This document shows, piece after piece, positions 1 through 11,675 of a stretch of DNA of 63,986 nucleotides. The stretch comes from Chiloscyllium plagiosum (lineage: Eukaryota): assembly GCF_004010195.1 (NCBI RefSeq), contig NC_057728.1:47145058-47209043 (forward strand), read 5' to 3'. A program made the translations under genes and the position numbers. Every line of letters starts with the position of its first letter. The first letter of the stretch is position 1. The notes below the pieces were generated by a model that was not told the origin of the DNA, ran no database searches, and saw only the letters and a program-made list of their open reading frames with translations.

Positions 1-59
1 CAAAGGATATAGCTACTCCTGCCTGGAACAAAGGGGTGTGGTATGACTTCTCAAGTCAG

Positions 60-572
60 GGCATTGGGAGTTGGGAGGTCATGTTGCAGTTGTACAGGAC
101 ATTGCTCAGCCCACTTTTATAGTATTGCGTGCAATTCTGATCTCCCTGCTGTGAGAAGGATGCTGTCAAACTTGAAAGGGTTCAGAAAAGATTTATGAGA
201 AGGTTACCAGAATTGGAGGGTTTGAGCTACACTGAGAGGCTGAATAGGCTGGGGCTGTTTTCCCTGGAGTGCTGGAGGCTGAAGGGTGACCTTATAAGGG
301 TTTATAAAATCATGAGGGGCATAGGTAGGGTAAATAGGCAAAGCCTTTTCCCTGTGGTGGGGGGAGTCCAAGTCTAGAGGGCATAGGTTTAAGGTGAGAG
401 GGGAAAGATATAAAAAGGGACCTAAGTGGCAACTTTTTCACTCAGAGGTTGGACTGTGTATGGAATGAACTGCCAGAGGAAATGGTGGAGGCTGGTACAA
501 TTACAACATTTAAAAGGCATCTGGATGGGTGTATGGATAGAAATGGTTTAGAGGGATATGGGCCAAATGCTG
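60..572 (+). mobile_element. CR1-clade (HER1-like) LINE, 3' fragment
   Basis: ORFs 195-377 and 449-631 give the CR1 ORF2 C-terminus (RLGLFSLE..RLKGDLI.VYKIMRG; VWNELPEE.VEAGTITTFKRHLD), broken by frameshifts. Confidence 0.92.
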
Positions 573-1106
573 GTATTTCTGATGGAACAGGGATCAGATT
601 TGGCCAACACCAATACAGTGCAAAAAAATAGGACCAGAGTGATAAATTGACTGAGATAACCACTGCTCAGAATATCTTGCTACCATTACACTGTGCTGGT
701 AAGCCGTTTAATTGTTTACATATTTCTGCACACTGTCATGGTGAACAAATTCTTGTCTGTTCGTAATACATATCCAAGATGTGTTGGATTTTAGGTAAGC
801 GTTCTGCAGAACAGAATGTAAATAATATTAGACAGAGATGAGATTTATCATGTCCTCCCAGCAATCTCACAGCATAGACTGGGTTTAATTTATTATAATT
901 CATGAAATCAGAATCCAGCAAACATCTGTGGTACCCTGGCAAGATTTATCGTGTAGAAAGGGACACTGAAGAGTCTATTTATAACACACAATCCTTTTGC
1001 TTTTTTTTTAAACAAGGTAACTCTCCAGTTAAGTCTCTCCTCTTGACTAGTCTTTGGATTTTCTTGCACCACCTCGTGCTGGTGCTCCCTCCAATACAGA
1101 TACAAT

Positions 1107-2340
1107 GGGCAGAATATTACAGGATTTTCCGAGTGACATGGGCTATGGTGAAATTTGTGGCAGCATTGCATTCCATGCATTTATGCCTTTAACAAGCTGT
1201 GCAGTGAGTTTCTCACTAGGCAGTGGTAAGTAGCTAATTAAATGGGATTATTGTTTGCTCAATACCTTGTGAAGGCAACAAATTGCCTCATTAATATTGA
1301 GCTTGCCGTCTTACCGAACATGTCAAAAAAAAGTTCAACATTAAGAAGCCTCGGCCTGGAAACCAAATGGGTATCTGGAGACCTCAGCTCATCACTTGCT
1401 CCAATAGGACTTCCATGCTGGACACCAGGTCCCAGCATCTCATGGTATAAACGACGGGCACCAGCCACACACACACACCCCACACCCAGGCATTGGCATC
1501 TGATATATGCCAGTATCCAAGAACCCTCATGACACATCTCTGATCTAATTTCAGGAACCTTCTTCACTTTCAATGCAGCACTGTGATCTATCATTGTGAT
1601 ATGGCAAGGATACTGTGCATTCAGTGACACATACCCAGCGCATGGACTGGACCAGGCTGCATCTCCGGCCTGTTCATCATTCTTATTGTACGCACTCAAT
1701 CTCAGCCTACCTGGATGCTCATGGCACCCCTGCCTTGCATTGCCTTTGTGTGATTTGCACCATCAGCTAGAAATATCAGACTCATTATTTCTGTCTTACC
1801 TTACTGTTTAGTGCCAACACGATGGAAGAAAGATTGCCATGTTTGTTGGCAGACTTCAATCAAATCAAGGGAGATAGCCTCCACACAGGGTACTGCACAA
1901 TAAGGCAAGGGCAGCCACTGGAAGCCATCCCAGAGTTTAGATATGGTCAGCAAGCTACCTGAGGCAACCAAAGTCAGAATCCTCTCAATAGCCCATTTCT
2001 TTCTGCATTGCTAGGGGCTGCATTCCTCCTGTAATGAGAGTGAGGCAGGTCATACACAAAATGAAAGAGGGTAGCACAGCTGTTACTTTTGGTGCAAATG
2101 GGCAAGTGTCCTAAATGTGAGAGTAGGCAGCACAGAGGCATTCTGGATAATGTCTGTTAAGGGTTGGAAGGTGTAAGAACCGTGAGGGAAAATGTAACAG
2201 GCAATAGTGAGAATGGTAGAGGGTGAGCCTTAGTGGGCAGATGGGTACTGGGGCAGGAATGAGAACTATTGAAGAGAAGACAGTGACACTAATGTTGGCA
2301 GAGTGGAAGGGGTCATTGCCATCTTTCTATGCATTCCTCC
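1107..2340 (-). mobile_element. Possible highly decayed PIF/Harbinger-type DNA transposon remnant (Myb/SANT-like trace)
   Basis: GC-richer block. Minus strand 2295-2337 reads ECIERW-(frameshift)-NDPFHSA, resembling the QCRKxxNDLxxxA helix of Harbinger Myb/SANT proteins. Recognised by eye only. Confidence 0.3.
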
Positions 2341-3134
2341 AGACAGAGATCTTAATTGTACTGTATTCTAAGATTCAGTGTAGATATGCAATGATCAGTA
2401 GTGATGGTTCAAGATGCCTATAGTGTGATTGATTCTAGTTATCTGTCTACTGCAATTTCATCTTCAACTGAAGCACCAAATCATAGCTCTGACCAGTATT
2501 TGTCTGTTATTAAGATGGAAATATCAGTTATTTCATAAATGCTACAAAAGATGAGTGTACAATGCAATTTATTGTTCTTCCTGGTTGTCTATATGGATTA
2601 ATACCGGATTACCATTTCTTCATTTTGGTCACAATAAATAACTATATTTTTCCAAATAAGAATAGCAAATGTCACGAGTCCCACAGATTGTAAGCTGCAA
2701 AAATTCTACAGTTCTGCATCTGTCACCAGGCACATCTCAATTCCTGTGGGGAGAGAATCTTTTATACATCTTATACATATGTTATGCACCATCATTTTCA
2801 AAAGTAGCAGAATTACGAGAAATAAGGTTTCACTGCTTGTTATTTCCTTAGAGATTTGTGACTCTTCTTTTAGCTTCAGAAAACATCTAGAGCAATGTTT
2901 TGAATCTTTCTTAGGCAGAAAAAAAAATGAAGGAAGGAGGAAAGAAAGAAAGATAATCTTGCATTCACATATAACCTTTCATCATCTCAGAATGTCCCAA
3001 AGCACTTGAGTTGTATTGTCACTGTGCATTCTAAGAAATAAGTAAAGCATTATAAAACAATATGCTGTCTTCAAAACAATGAAGATAAAGATTTATTCTG
3101 GATTTAAAGATTGTCCCACAAAGTAAACTCCAAA

Positions 3135-3552
3135 AGTAGTTGGGAGGTCATGTTGCGGCTGTACAGGACATTGGTTCGGCCACTGTTGGAATTTTGCATG
3201 CACTTCTGGTCTCCTTCCTATCGGAAAGATGTTGCGAAACTTGAAAGGGTTCAGAAAAGATTTACAAGGATGTTGCCAGGGTTGGAGGATTTGAGCTATA
3301 GGGAGAAGCTGAATAGGCTGGGCCTATTTTCCCTGGAGCGTTGGAGGCTGAGGGATGACCTTATAGAGGTTTACAAAATTATGAGGGGCATGAATAGGGT
3401 AAATAGGCAAAGTCTATAACCCTGGGGTTGGGGAGTCCAGAACTAGAGGGTGAGGTTTAGGGTGAGAGGGGAAATATATAAAAGAGACCTACGGGGCAAC
3501 TTTTTCACACAGAGAGTGGTACATGTATGGAATGGGCTTCTATGACTCTAGC
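3135..3552 (+). mobile_element. CR1 LINE 3' fragment
   Basis: ORF 3111-3419: LYRTLVRPLLEFC..FWSP..KDVAKLERVQKRFTRMLPGL..RLGLFSLE. Confidence 0.93.
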
Positions 3553-3832
3553 ATTTTAAATAATTGTGTTTTGATATATTTAACAAGATTAATGAGAGAA
3601 AAATAACATTGATGCTGGAAATCTGAAATTAAAGACAGAAAATGTTGGAGATGGACCATAGGTCACCAACTATATTGGGATGTTAATCAGAATAAAATAT
3701 TCAATGATACATAAACATCCAAGTAAACTTAAAACATAGAAAGGAAATAAAAATAGGAGAGAAAATAGCAAACCTATTGGTAAGAGCAAGGGAGTAAATG
3801 GGTTTTCAAAGGATGCATGCATAAAATCTCTA

Positions 3833-4120
3833 TATAGTGCAAAAGAGGCCATTTTGCCCATCAAGTCTGCACCAACCCTCTGAAGAGTATCCAGACCAGC
3901 TCCCCCACCCTATCTTCACATTTCCCATGGCAAATCCACCTATGTTGCACTCTATGAGCAATGTAGCATGGCCAATCCACCTAAACTACACATCATTGTA
4001 CTGGGGAAGGAAACCAGAGCACCCAACAGACACAGATAGACAGTCGTCCCAAGGGTGGAATCAAACCCGGGTCCCTAGGGCTGTGAATCAGCAATGCTAA
4101 CCACCAAGACATTGTACTGC
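3833..4120 (-). mobile_element. HE1-type tRNA-derived V-SINE (partly deleted)
   Basis: Reverse complement of the head (tggttagcattgctg..cccgggtttgattcc), body and tail seen in the copy at 4410. Confidence 0.85.
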
Positions 4121-4409
4121 CCAATATTTTTAAATCAGTTTTGATCATCTTACCCCATCTGTGCTCCGAAGCCAATGATTATTACTGGATTTCGATTACA
4201 CAGGCAGCAGCTGTGTCCATACCACAACTTTTCACAATTACGATGAAGTTGCAAAGGTCAACAGACCATACAATAACTGGAGTATCACAACTAAACCTGA
4301 ACTGCTCCACAGTTGACACAGAAAAATCAGTAATTTCTGTCAGAAAGTGGTTTGGGAGACATGGACTTGTGGGTATTTTACTGCCAATATCTGACAAAGA
4401 ACCAATTGA

Positions 4410-4718
4410 GGGACGGTGGCACAGTGGTTAGCACTGCTGCCTCACAGCGCCAGAGACCCGGGTTCAATTCCCGACTCAGGCGACTGACTGTGTGGAGTTT
4501 GCACATTCTCCCCGTGTCTGCGTGGGTTTCCTCCGGGTGCTCCGGTTTCCTCCCACAGTCCAAAGATGTGCAGGTCAGGTGAATTGGCCATGCTAAATTG
4601 CCCGTAGTGTTAGGTAAAAGGGGTAAATGTAGGGGAATGGGTGGGTAGCGGGTCGGTGTGGACTAGTTGGGCTGAAGGGCCTGTTTCCACACTGTAAGTA
4701 ATCTAATCTAATCTAATC
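4410..4718 (+). mobile_element. HE1-type V-SINE, young full-length copy
   Basis: A-box GTGGCACAGTGG, B-box GGTTCAATTCC, V-domain tgtgtggagtttgcacattctccccgtgtctgcgtgggtttcctccggg, LINE-like tail and (TAATC)n end. Possible CAATT TSD at 4403-4407/4718-4722. Confidence 0.95.
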
Positions 4719-4896
4719 AATTAACCATGAATTTCCTGCCGATTTTATGCGACAAAGTTGTTCTAATAAAGATGTTGCTAAAGGCATTACCACAAAACCA
4801 GCAAGATCCTTCTGTAAGTATGCATATAAATATTGGATGACTGCTAGAACCTCCCTGATTTCTCATTATTTTGCTTCATTCTTTTAGCAATTTAGG

Positions 4897-6535
4897 GTAA
4901 GTGATGGCATCATGGCATTATCGCTAGATAATGCAACTCAGCTAAAATTCTGGAGACCTGGGGACAAATCCCGTTATGCAGATAGTGGAATTGGAATTCA
5001 ATAAAAACAAAAACCTGAAATTAAGGATCTAGTAATGACCATGAAACCACCATTCATTACTGGAAAAATCCATCTGGCTCATTAATGCCCGTTAGGGAAG
5101 GAAATCTGCCATCCTCACTTGGTCTGGCCTACATGTGACTTCAGACCCACAGCAATGTGGTTGACTCTCAATTGCCCTCTGACATGGCCGAGCAAGCCCC
5201 TCAATTTTATCAATCGTTACAAAGTCTCAACAAAGAAATGAAACTGGAATGACCACCTAGAATCGACCTAAGGTCCAGAAAAGGTAATGACAGAAACAGC
5301 CATGTCAACCTTGCAAAGTCCTCCTCACAACATCCGGGGCTTAGTGCCAAAATTGGGTGAGTTGAATCACAGACCAGTCAAGCAACAAGCTGACATAGTC
5401 ATACTCACGGAATCATACCCTACAGATACCACCATCCCATCCCTGGATATGCCCTGTCCCACTGGCAGGACAGACCCAGCAGCGGTGGTGGCACAGTGTT
5501 ATATAGTCAGGAGGGAGTTGACCTGGGAGCCCTCAACATTGACTCTGAACCCCATGAACTCTCATGGCTTCAGGGAAAGGAAACCTCTTGCCGATTATCA
5601 CTTACCATTTTCCCTTGGCTAATGAGTTGGTACTCCTCCATGCTGGACACTTGGAGGGATCATAAAGGATGGTAAGGGCACAAAATGGACGCTGTGGGGG
5701 ATTTAAATGACCACCACCAAGAGTGTTTCAGCAGGAGCACTACTGGTTGAGCTGGTCGGGTCCTAAAGGACACAGCCGCTAAGCTGGATTGGCGGCAGGT
5801 GGTGAGAGAACCATGAAGAGGAAAAAACATATTTGACTTCATCCTTACCCATCTGCCGGCTGCAGATGCATCAATCCATGATAGTATCGATCAAGGTGAC
5901 CACCACACAGTCCTTGTGTTGATGAAGTCCCGCTTTCACATTGAGGATAACCTCCATCATGTTGTGTGGTGTTTTAACCATGCTAAATGGGATAGATTTC
6001 AAACAGATCTCTCAAATTAATATTATGCCTCCATGAGGTGTGATGGACCATCCACAGCAGTAGAATTGTACTTCAGCACAATCTGCAACCTCATTAGTAG
6101 GTATATCTCTTCCTCAACCATGAACATCAAGACAGGGAATCAACCTTGGTTCAATGGAGAGGGTAGGAAGGCAAGCCAGGAGCAGCACCAAGGATGCCTA
6201 TAAGTGTCAACTTCGTGAAGCAACCAAACAGGACTGTTTGCATGCCCAACAGCATAAGCAGCAAGTATTATACACAGTTCAGCGATCCTATAACCAATAG
6301 ATCAGCTTTGCAATCTTGCTGCATCCAATTGTGAATTTTAATGGACAATTAAACAACTCACTGGATCAGGAGGCTCTCCAAATATTCCTATTTCTCAATG
6401 ATGAAAGAGTCCAGCATGGTTAGTGCAAAAGATAAGGCTGGAGTATTTGCAGCAATTTTCAACCATAAGTGCCAATGGATGATCCACCTCAGCGACCTCC
6501 AGTGATCCCCAGCATCACAGATGTCAGTCTTCAGC
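4897..6535 (+). mobile_element. Second CR1-group LINE (family B): SINE-like 5' region followed by decayed AP endonuclease
   Basis: ORF 5287-5622 has NIRGLVPKLGEL..QQADIVILTES (APE motifs I/II). Further on are GDLNDHH and 'NIFDFILT..DHHTV'-type motifs. 4897-5210 matches the SINE body at 44810-45200. Confidence 0.8.
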
Positions 6536-6537
6536 TA

Positions 6538-6972
6538 TGCTGGAAGAACAGCATCTCATTTTCCACTTGGGGTCCCTGCAGACTTCAAGACTCAGTATCA
6601 AATTCAACAATTTTACAGCCTGAGAACCTTTTCCTATATCCTTACTTTATCCACCACCATCACCACCCAACACACACACACACACACATACACAACAGGT
6701 CTGGTCATCACATGGTCTGTGAGCACAACCATCCTAGTGGTCCCCATTAGCAGCTATTGATTCCCCCAGGCTGACTTTGACCCCATTCCTTTGTCAGCCC
6801 AACTGCTTTTCTCTCTCTCTGTGGGCTCCATCTCCACCTATCATTTGCTTCTTCACGCCCTCCACCTCCACCCCATCAACAGCACACATTTTCCGAGGTA
6901 CAATCAGTTCTGAAGAAGGGTTAGTGGGCCCAAAATGTGCCCACTCTGCCTTCTCTCCACAGATACTACCAC
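6538..6972 (+). mobile_element. Penelope-like element 3' end
   Basis: 6540-6623 translates LEEQHLIFHLGSLQTSRLSIKFNNFTA*, matching the GIY-YIG C-terminus at 59044-59120. Followed by a pyrimidine-rich UTR and a degenerate hammerhead-like CTGAAGAAGGG motif near 6910. Confidence 0.75.
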
Positions 6973-6974
6973 AG

Positions 6975-7535
6975 AGCAAAGGCAGGTTAGCTTAACCTCT
7001 GTAGTGGGGAATATGCTTAACCTCTGTAGTGGGGAATATGCTTGATAATCAAGAAAGAAATAGCAAGACATCTGGACAGAAATTGCCCCAGACACAAACA
7101 CAGCATGGGTTCGTGAAAGGCAGGTCATGTTTAACTTATTTACTGGAATTCTTTGAGAATGTTACGAGCATAGTGGACAATAGGGAACTGGTTCCATAAT
7201 TCCAGAAGGCATTTAACAAAATGCCACACAAAAGGCTGCTGCATAGATAAAGGCGCACAGCATTATGGGTAATGTATTAGCATGGATAGAAGGTTGGTTA
7301 ACTAACAGAAAGCAAAGAGTGATGATAAATGGATGTTTTTTTCTGGTTGGCGATCAGTGGCTAGTGGTGTCCCTCAGGGGTCAGTATTAGGACCACAATT
7401 GTTTATAATTTACATTGATGATTTAGAGTTACCAAGTGTAGTGTGTCAAAGTTTACAGATGATACTAAGTGACAGAGCAAAGTGTGCAGAGGATGCTGAA
7501 TGTCTACAATAGGATATAGATATGTTAAGTGGTAG
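6975..7535 (+). mobile_element. CR1 LINE reverse transcriptase fragment
   Basis: Reads [47 protein letters not shown] with stops and frameshifts. Confidence 0.9.
6990..7043. repeat. 25-bp tandem duplication
   Basis: GCTTAACCTCTGTAGTGGGGAATAT twice (6990-7014, 7015-7039), plus GCTT. Confidence 0.95.
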
Positions 7536-7975
7536 ACATGTAGTGCAGGAGTCTCCTGTAGTTATCACCATCTCAAACAAGTATGCTGTTTTGGAAAATA
7601 TGGGGAGCAATGCACTCTCTGGGGAATGTAGCACTGACAGCCAGGTTTCTGGTACCGAGACTGGCTCCAATGTAACAAGGGATGAATTGGGTTCCAAGCG
7701 ATCAATTACAGTAGGAGACACTCTAGTCAGAGACACAGACAGATGTTTCTGCGGCTGACAACAAGAAATCAGAATGGTGTGTTGCCTCCCTGGTGCCAGG
7801 ATTAAGGATACCTCAGGGAGGGTGCACAATATTCTCACAGGGGAGAGGGACCAGCAGGAGGTCATTGTACACATTGGAACTAATGACAAAGGAAGAGGAA
7901 AGGACAAGATTCAGAGGAGAGAATGTAGCAAATTAGGCAGGAATTTAAAAAGGAGATCCTCAAGGATAGTAATAT
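7536..7975 (+). mobile_element. CR1 ORF1 fragment (SGNH esterase-like domain)
   Basis: ORFs 7522-7758 and 7774-8022: ISNKYAVL..VGDTLVR..VCCLPGARIKD..VIVHIGTND, typical of the CR1 ORF1 esterase. Confidence 0.88.
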
Positions 7976-7984
7976 TTGCATTAT

Positions 7985-9958
7985 TACACCTCCAATTTTG
8001 GTGTCACCTGCAAACGTACTAATTAAACGTTCACATCTAAATCATTTATATAAATGACAAAAAGCAGTGGACATAGCACTGATCATTGTGGCACACTACT
8101 GGTCACAGGCCTCCAATCTGAAAAACAAACTTCCACCACTACCCTCTGTCTTCTACCTTCGAGCCAGTTCTGTATCCAAATGGCTAATTCTCTCTCTCTC
8201 TATTCCGTGTGGTCTAACTTTGCGAACCAGTTTACCATGAGGAACCATGTCGAACACTTTACTGAAGATAGATCACATCTACTGCTCAGCCCTCATCAAT
8301 ACTCTTCGTTGCTTCTTCAAAGACTCAATCAAGTTAGCGAGACATGATTTCCCACGCACAAACCATGTTGACTATCCCTAATCAGTCCTTGCCTTTCCAA
8401 ATACATGTACATCCTATCCCTCAGGATTCCCTCCAACAACTTGCCCACTACCGAGGTCAGGCTCACTGGTCTATAGTTCCCTGGCTTGTCCTTACCACCC
8501 TTCTTAAACAGTGGCACCACTTCCTTATTTTCCCAGAGTTTTAGGGTACACCTGATCAGGTGTTGGCGATTTAATCACTTTTATGCATTTCAAGACATCC
8601 AGCACCTCCTCCTCTGTAATATGGACATTTTTCAAAATGTCCCTGTTTATTTCCTCACATTCCACATCTTCCATGTTCTTCTCCACAGTAAACACTGATG
8701 CAAAATACTTTAGTATCTCCCCTGTCTCCTGCGGTTCCACACAAAGGCCACCTTGCTGATCTTTAAAGGGGCCCTATTGTCTCCCTAATTAGCTTTCTGT
8801 CCTTAATGCATTTATAAAATCCCTTTGGATTTTCCTTAACCCTATTTGCCAAAGCTACCTCAATCTCCTTTTTGCCCTGCTGATTTCCCTCTGAAGTATA
8901 GTCTGACTGCCTTTATACTCTAAGGATTCACTTGATCTCTGCTGTCTATAGTTGACATATGCTTCCTTCCTTTTCTTAACCAAAACTCAATTTGTCTAGT
9001 CATCCAGCATTCCCTACACTTATCAGCCTTACCCTTCATCCCAGCAGGAACATATGTCGCTGGACCTTCATTGTCTCATTTCTGAAGGCTTCCCATTTTC
9101 TAGCCTTTCCTTTACCTGCAAACATCTGCCCCCAATCAACATTTGAAAGTTCTTACCTAATACCATCAAAATTGGCCTTCCTCTAATTTAGAACTTTAAC
9201 CTTTAAATCTGTCTAACCTTTTCCATCTCTATTTTAAAACAAATAGAATTATGGTCACTGGCCTCAAAGTGCTCCCCCACTGACACCTCTGTCACCTGCC
9301 CTGCCTTATTTCCCAAGAGTAGGTCAAGTTTGCACCTTCTCTAGTAGTTACATCCACATACTGTATCAGAAAATTTTCTTGTACAACTTAAATTCCTCGC
9401 CATCCAAGCCCTTAACTATGCCAGTCCCAGGCTATGTTTGGAAAGTTAAAATCCCCTACAGTGACCAACCAATTATTCTTACAGCTAACTGACATCTCCT
9501 TACAAATTTGTTTCTCAATTTTCCCCTTCCTATGGGGGGTGGGAGGAGGAGGGGGGGGAGTTCTATGGTACTTTCCAAAAAAGGTGATCGTGCCTTTCTT
9601 ATTTCTCAGTTCTAGCCAAATAACTTCCCTGGATGTGTTCCCAGGAATATCCTCCATTAAGTACAGCCATGATGTTATCGCTAATCAAAAACACCACTCC
9701 CTCTCCTCTCTTGCCCCTCTTTCTATCCTTCCTATAGCATCTGTATGCTGGAACATTAAGCTGTCAGTGCTTTCCATTCCCATGCCACGTTTCTGTAATT
9801 GCTATTACATCCCAGTCCCATGTTCCCAACCATGCCCTGAGTTCATCTGCCTTACTGTTCGGCCTCTTGCATTGAAATAAATGCAGTTTAATTTATTAGT
9901 CCTACCTCATTCTCTGCTTCGTTCCTGCTTTCCCTGGCTGCCTGACTTGCTTCTGTTT
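7985..9958 (-). mobile_element. CR1 ORF2 (endonuclease plus RT), decayed and internally deleted
   Basis: Minus ORFs: EVIWLELRNKKG..VTVGDFNFPNI (APE) and VPLFKKGGKDKPGNYRPVSLTSVVGKLLE (RT). The ORF2 start LNCIYFNAR lies near 9890 and SKFAxDTKIGG-like coding near 8000. Confidence 0.92.
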
Positions 9959-10442
9959 GAAAGAGGAAAGATTTAAAAAGGACCTGAGAGGCAACATTTT
10001 CATGCAGAGGGTGGTGCATAAGTGGAACAAGCTGCCAGAGGAAGTGGCGGGGTAGACAAGCAGGAGGCTGGAAGAACACGGCAAGCCAGGCAGCATCAGG
10101 AGGTGGAGAAGACAATGTTTTGGCTGTAACCTTTCTTCAGGCTCTGAAAGGAGGGTTACACCCGAAACATCGACTTCTCCACCTCCTGGTGCTGCCTGGA
10201 TTGCAGTGTTCTTCCAGCCTCCTGCCTGTCTACTTTGGATTCCAGTATCTGCAGTTCTTTTGTCTCTGGAGGAAGTTGTGGAGGCTGGTACAATGACAAC
10301 ATTTAGAAAGGCATCTGGAATGGGTCTATGAATAGAAAGGGTTTTAAGGGAATGGCCAAGTGCTGGCAAATGGGACTAGATTAATTCGGAATACCTGGTC
10401 AGCATGGACAATTTGTTTCCATGCTGTATAACTCTATGACTC
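9959..10442 (+). mobile_element. CR1 LINE 3' end, interrupted by a fold-back insertion
   Basis: gaaagatttaaaaaggacctgagaggcaac.. through the ..ataactctatgactc tail; split at 10051-10268. Confidence 0.88.
10051..10268. mobile_element. Penelope-terminus-derived fold-back element
   Basis: Arms of about 90 bp (10052-10141 / 10145-10233) are reverse complements. Flanked by GAGGAAGTGGCGG (10038-10050) / GAGGAAGTTGTGG (10269-10281). Confidence 0.85.
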
Positions 10443-11141
10443 AAAGAGAGAGTGTTTAAATAACTGTGGGTGACTGAGCTTTTCACTGATCTACAAAGTT
10501 GGGCTGTTGGCTCAGGGAATGGAGGATAGCCTTCTAACTGTGTCCTATCTGCATCAAAACAGTCTCTATCTCTGCCCTGAGCCTGCTGACTCTGGTGGCA
10601 AGGTTGACCCCAGGTTGACATACCCCTCTAAAAGATGAAAAGCCCAATCTGCCAGCACAATGGCAGGATCACAATGTCAAGAAAATCCACAACTCTGATC
10701 CCTAGTTTTGAGATTAAATCCAATCCTTTAACATAACGGCAAAGTTTATATGCTTAGATTGAAAAGCTACCCCCATTCCAGAGCGAGAATCTTAGCCTAT
10801 TGATCCTGTCTATAAGTCAGCATTAACAAGTCTAATTGTAACATCTCTAATGATGAGAAATGTATCTTAGGATACACCGGAGATCAAGCTAGACTCCTTG
10901 CTCTCTCAGGCTTAGTTCAACACACAAACCAGAAAAATGTCAAAGAATTCAGCCTTAGGGTAGTCCACACACAGCACTCTCGATTATAGTTTTGGACATT
11001 GAGAGTGTCTGGTGAGGAGCAAGTTCACTTCAGTGAACTCCAATAATTCACTGTCACTTAACTTACGAGTACAGCTCTGTTGATTTTAAATTAAAGCATT
11101 GTTGGGAAGGAAGAGTAGAGAGGCATCATCTATAAGTTATT

Positions 11142-11358
11142 AAATAAAAGCAAATTACTGCAGATGCTGGAATGTGGAACCAAAAAAGAGAAAATGCTGG
11201 AAAATCTCAGCAAGTCTGGCAGCATCTGTAAGGAGAGAAAAGAGCTGACATTTCGAGTCAAAGGGTCATTTTGACAAAGGGTCAGTTAGACTCGAAACGT
11301 CAGCTCTTTTCTCTCCTTATAGATGCTGACAGACTTGCTGAGATTTTCCAGCATTTTC
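11142..11358. mobile_element. Penelope-terminus-derived fold-back element
   Basis: Inverted arms of about 72 bp (11188-11259 / 11289-11360). Perfect 13-bp TSD TCTATAAGTTATT (11129-11141 / 11359-11371). Confidence 0.9.
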
Positions 11359-11675
11359 TCTATAAGTTATTGCTCTGTCTGTGTGTGTGTGTGTTTGAAT
11401 GCGAAACAAGTGCGAAATCGGTAAGGTATCTGTGAATGCAAAATGAGTAGGCAGAAGATTAATCTTCTTCCTGATCTCATTCTGCGTGCACCTTTCACCA
11501 ACGCTATATATCAGTTGCATCTAAAAAACCTCAATGTGTACAATAACCCACCATTAGTCATAACAATAAAAAAGTGGAATAATTGGTTCTTTGAAAACTT
11601 AAACACAGTTTAAGGCAATGGACTGAAGTCAGTCTAATGCCAATCATACCAAAATCTCTAATGCTTTTTTGTCCT

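Noticed and set aside
4410..4480. tRNA-like sequence with A and B boxes (also 15915, 57455, 39390)
   Set aside because: These are SINE heads continuing into SINE bodies, without a full cloverleaf; not tRNA genes.
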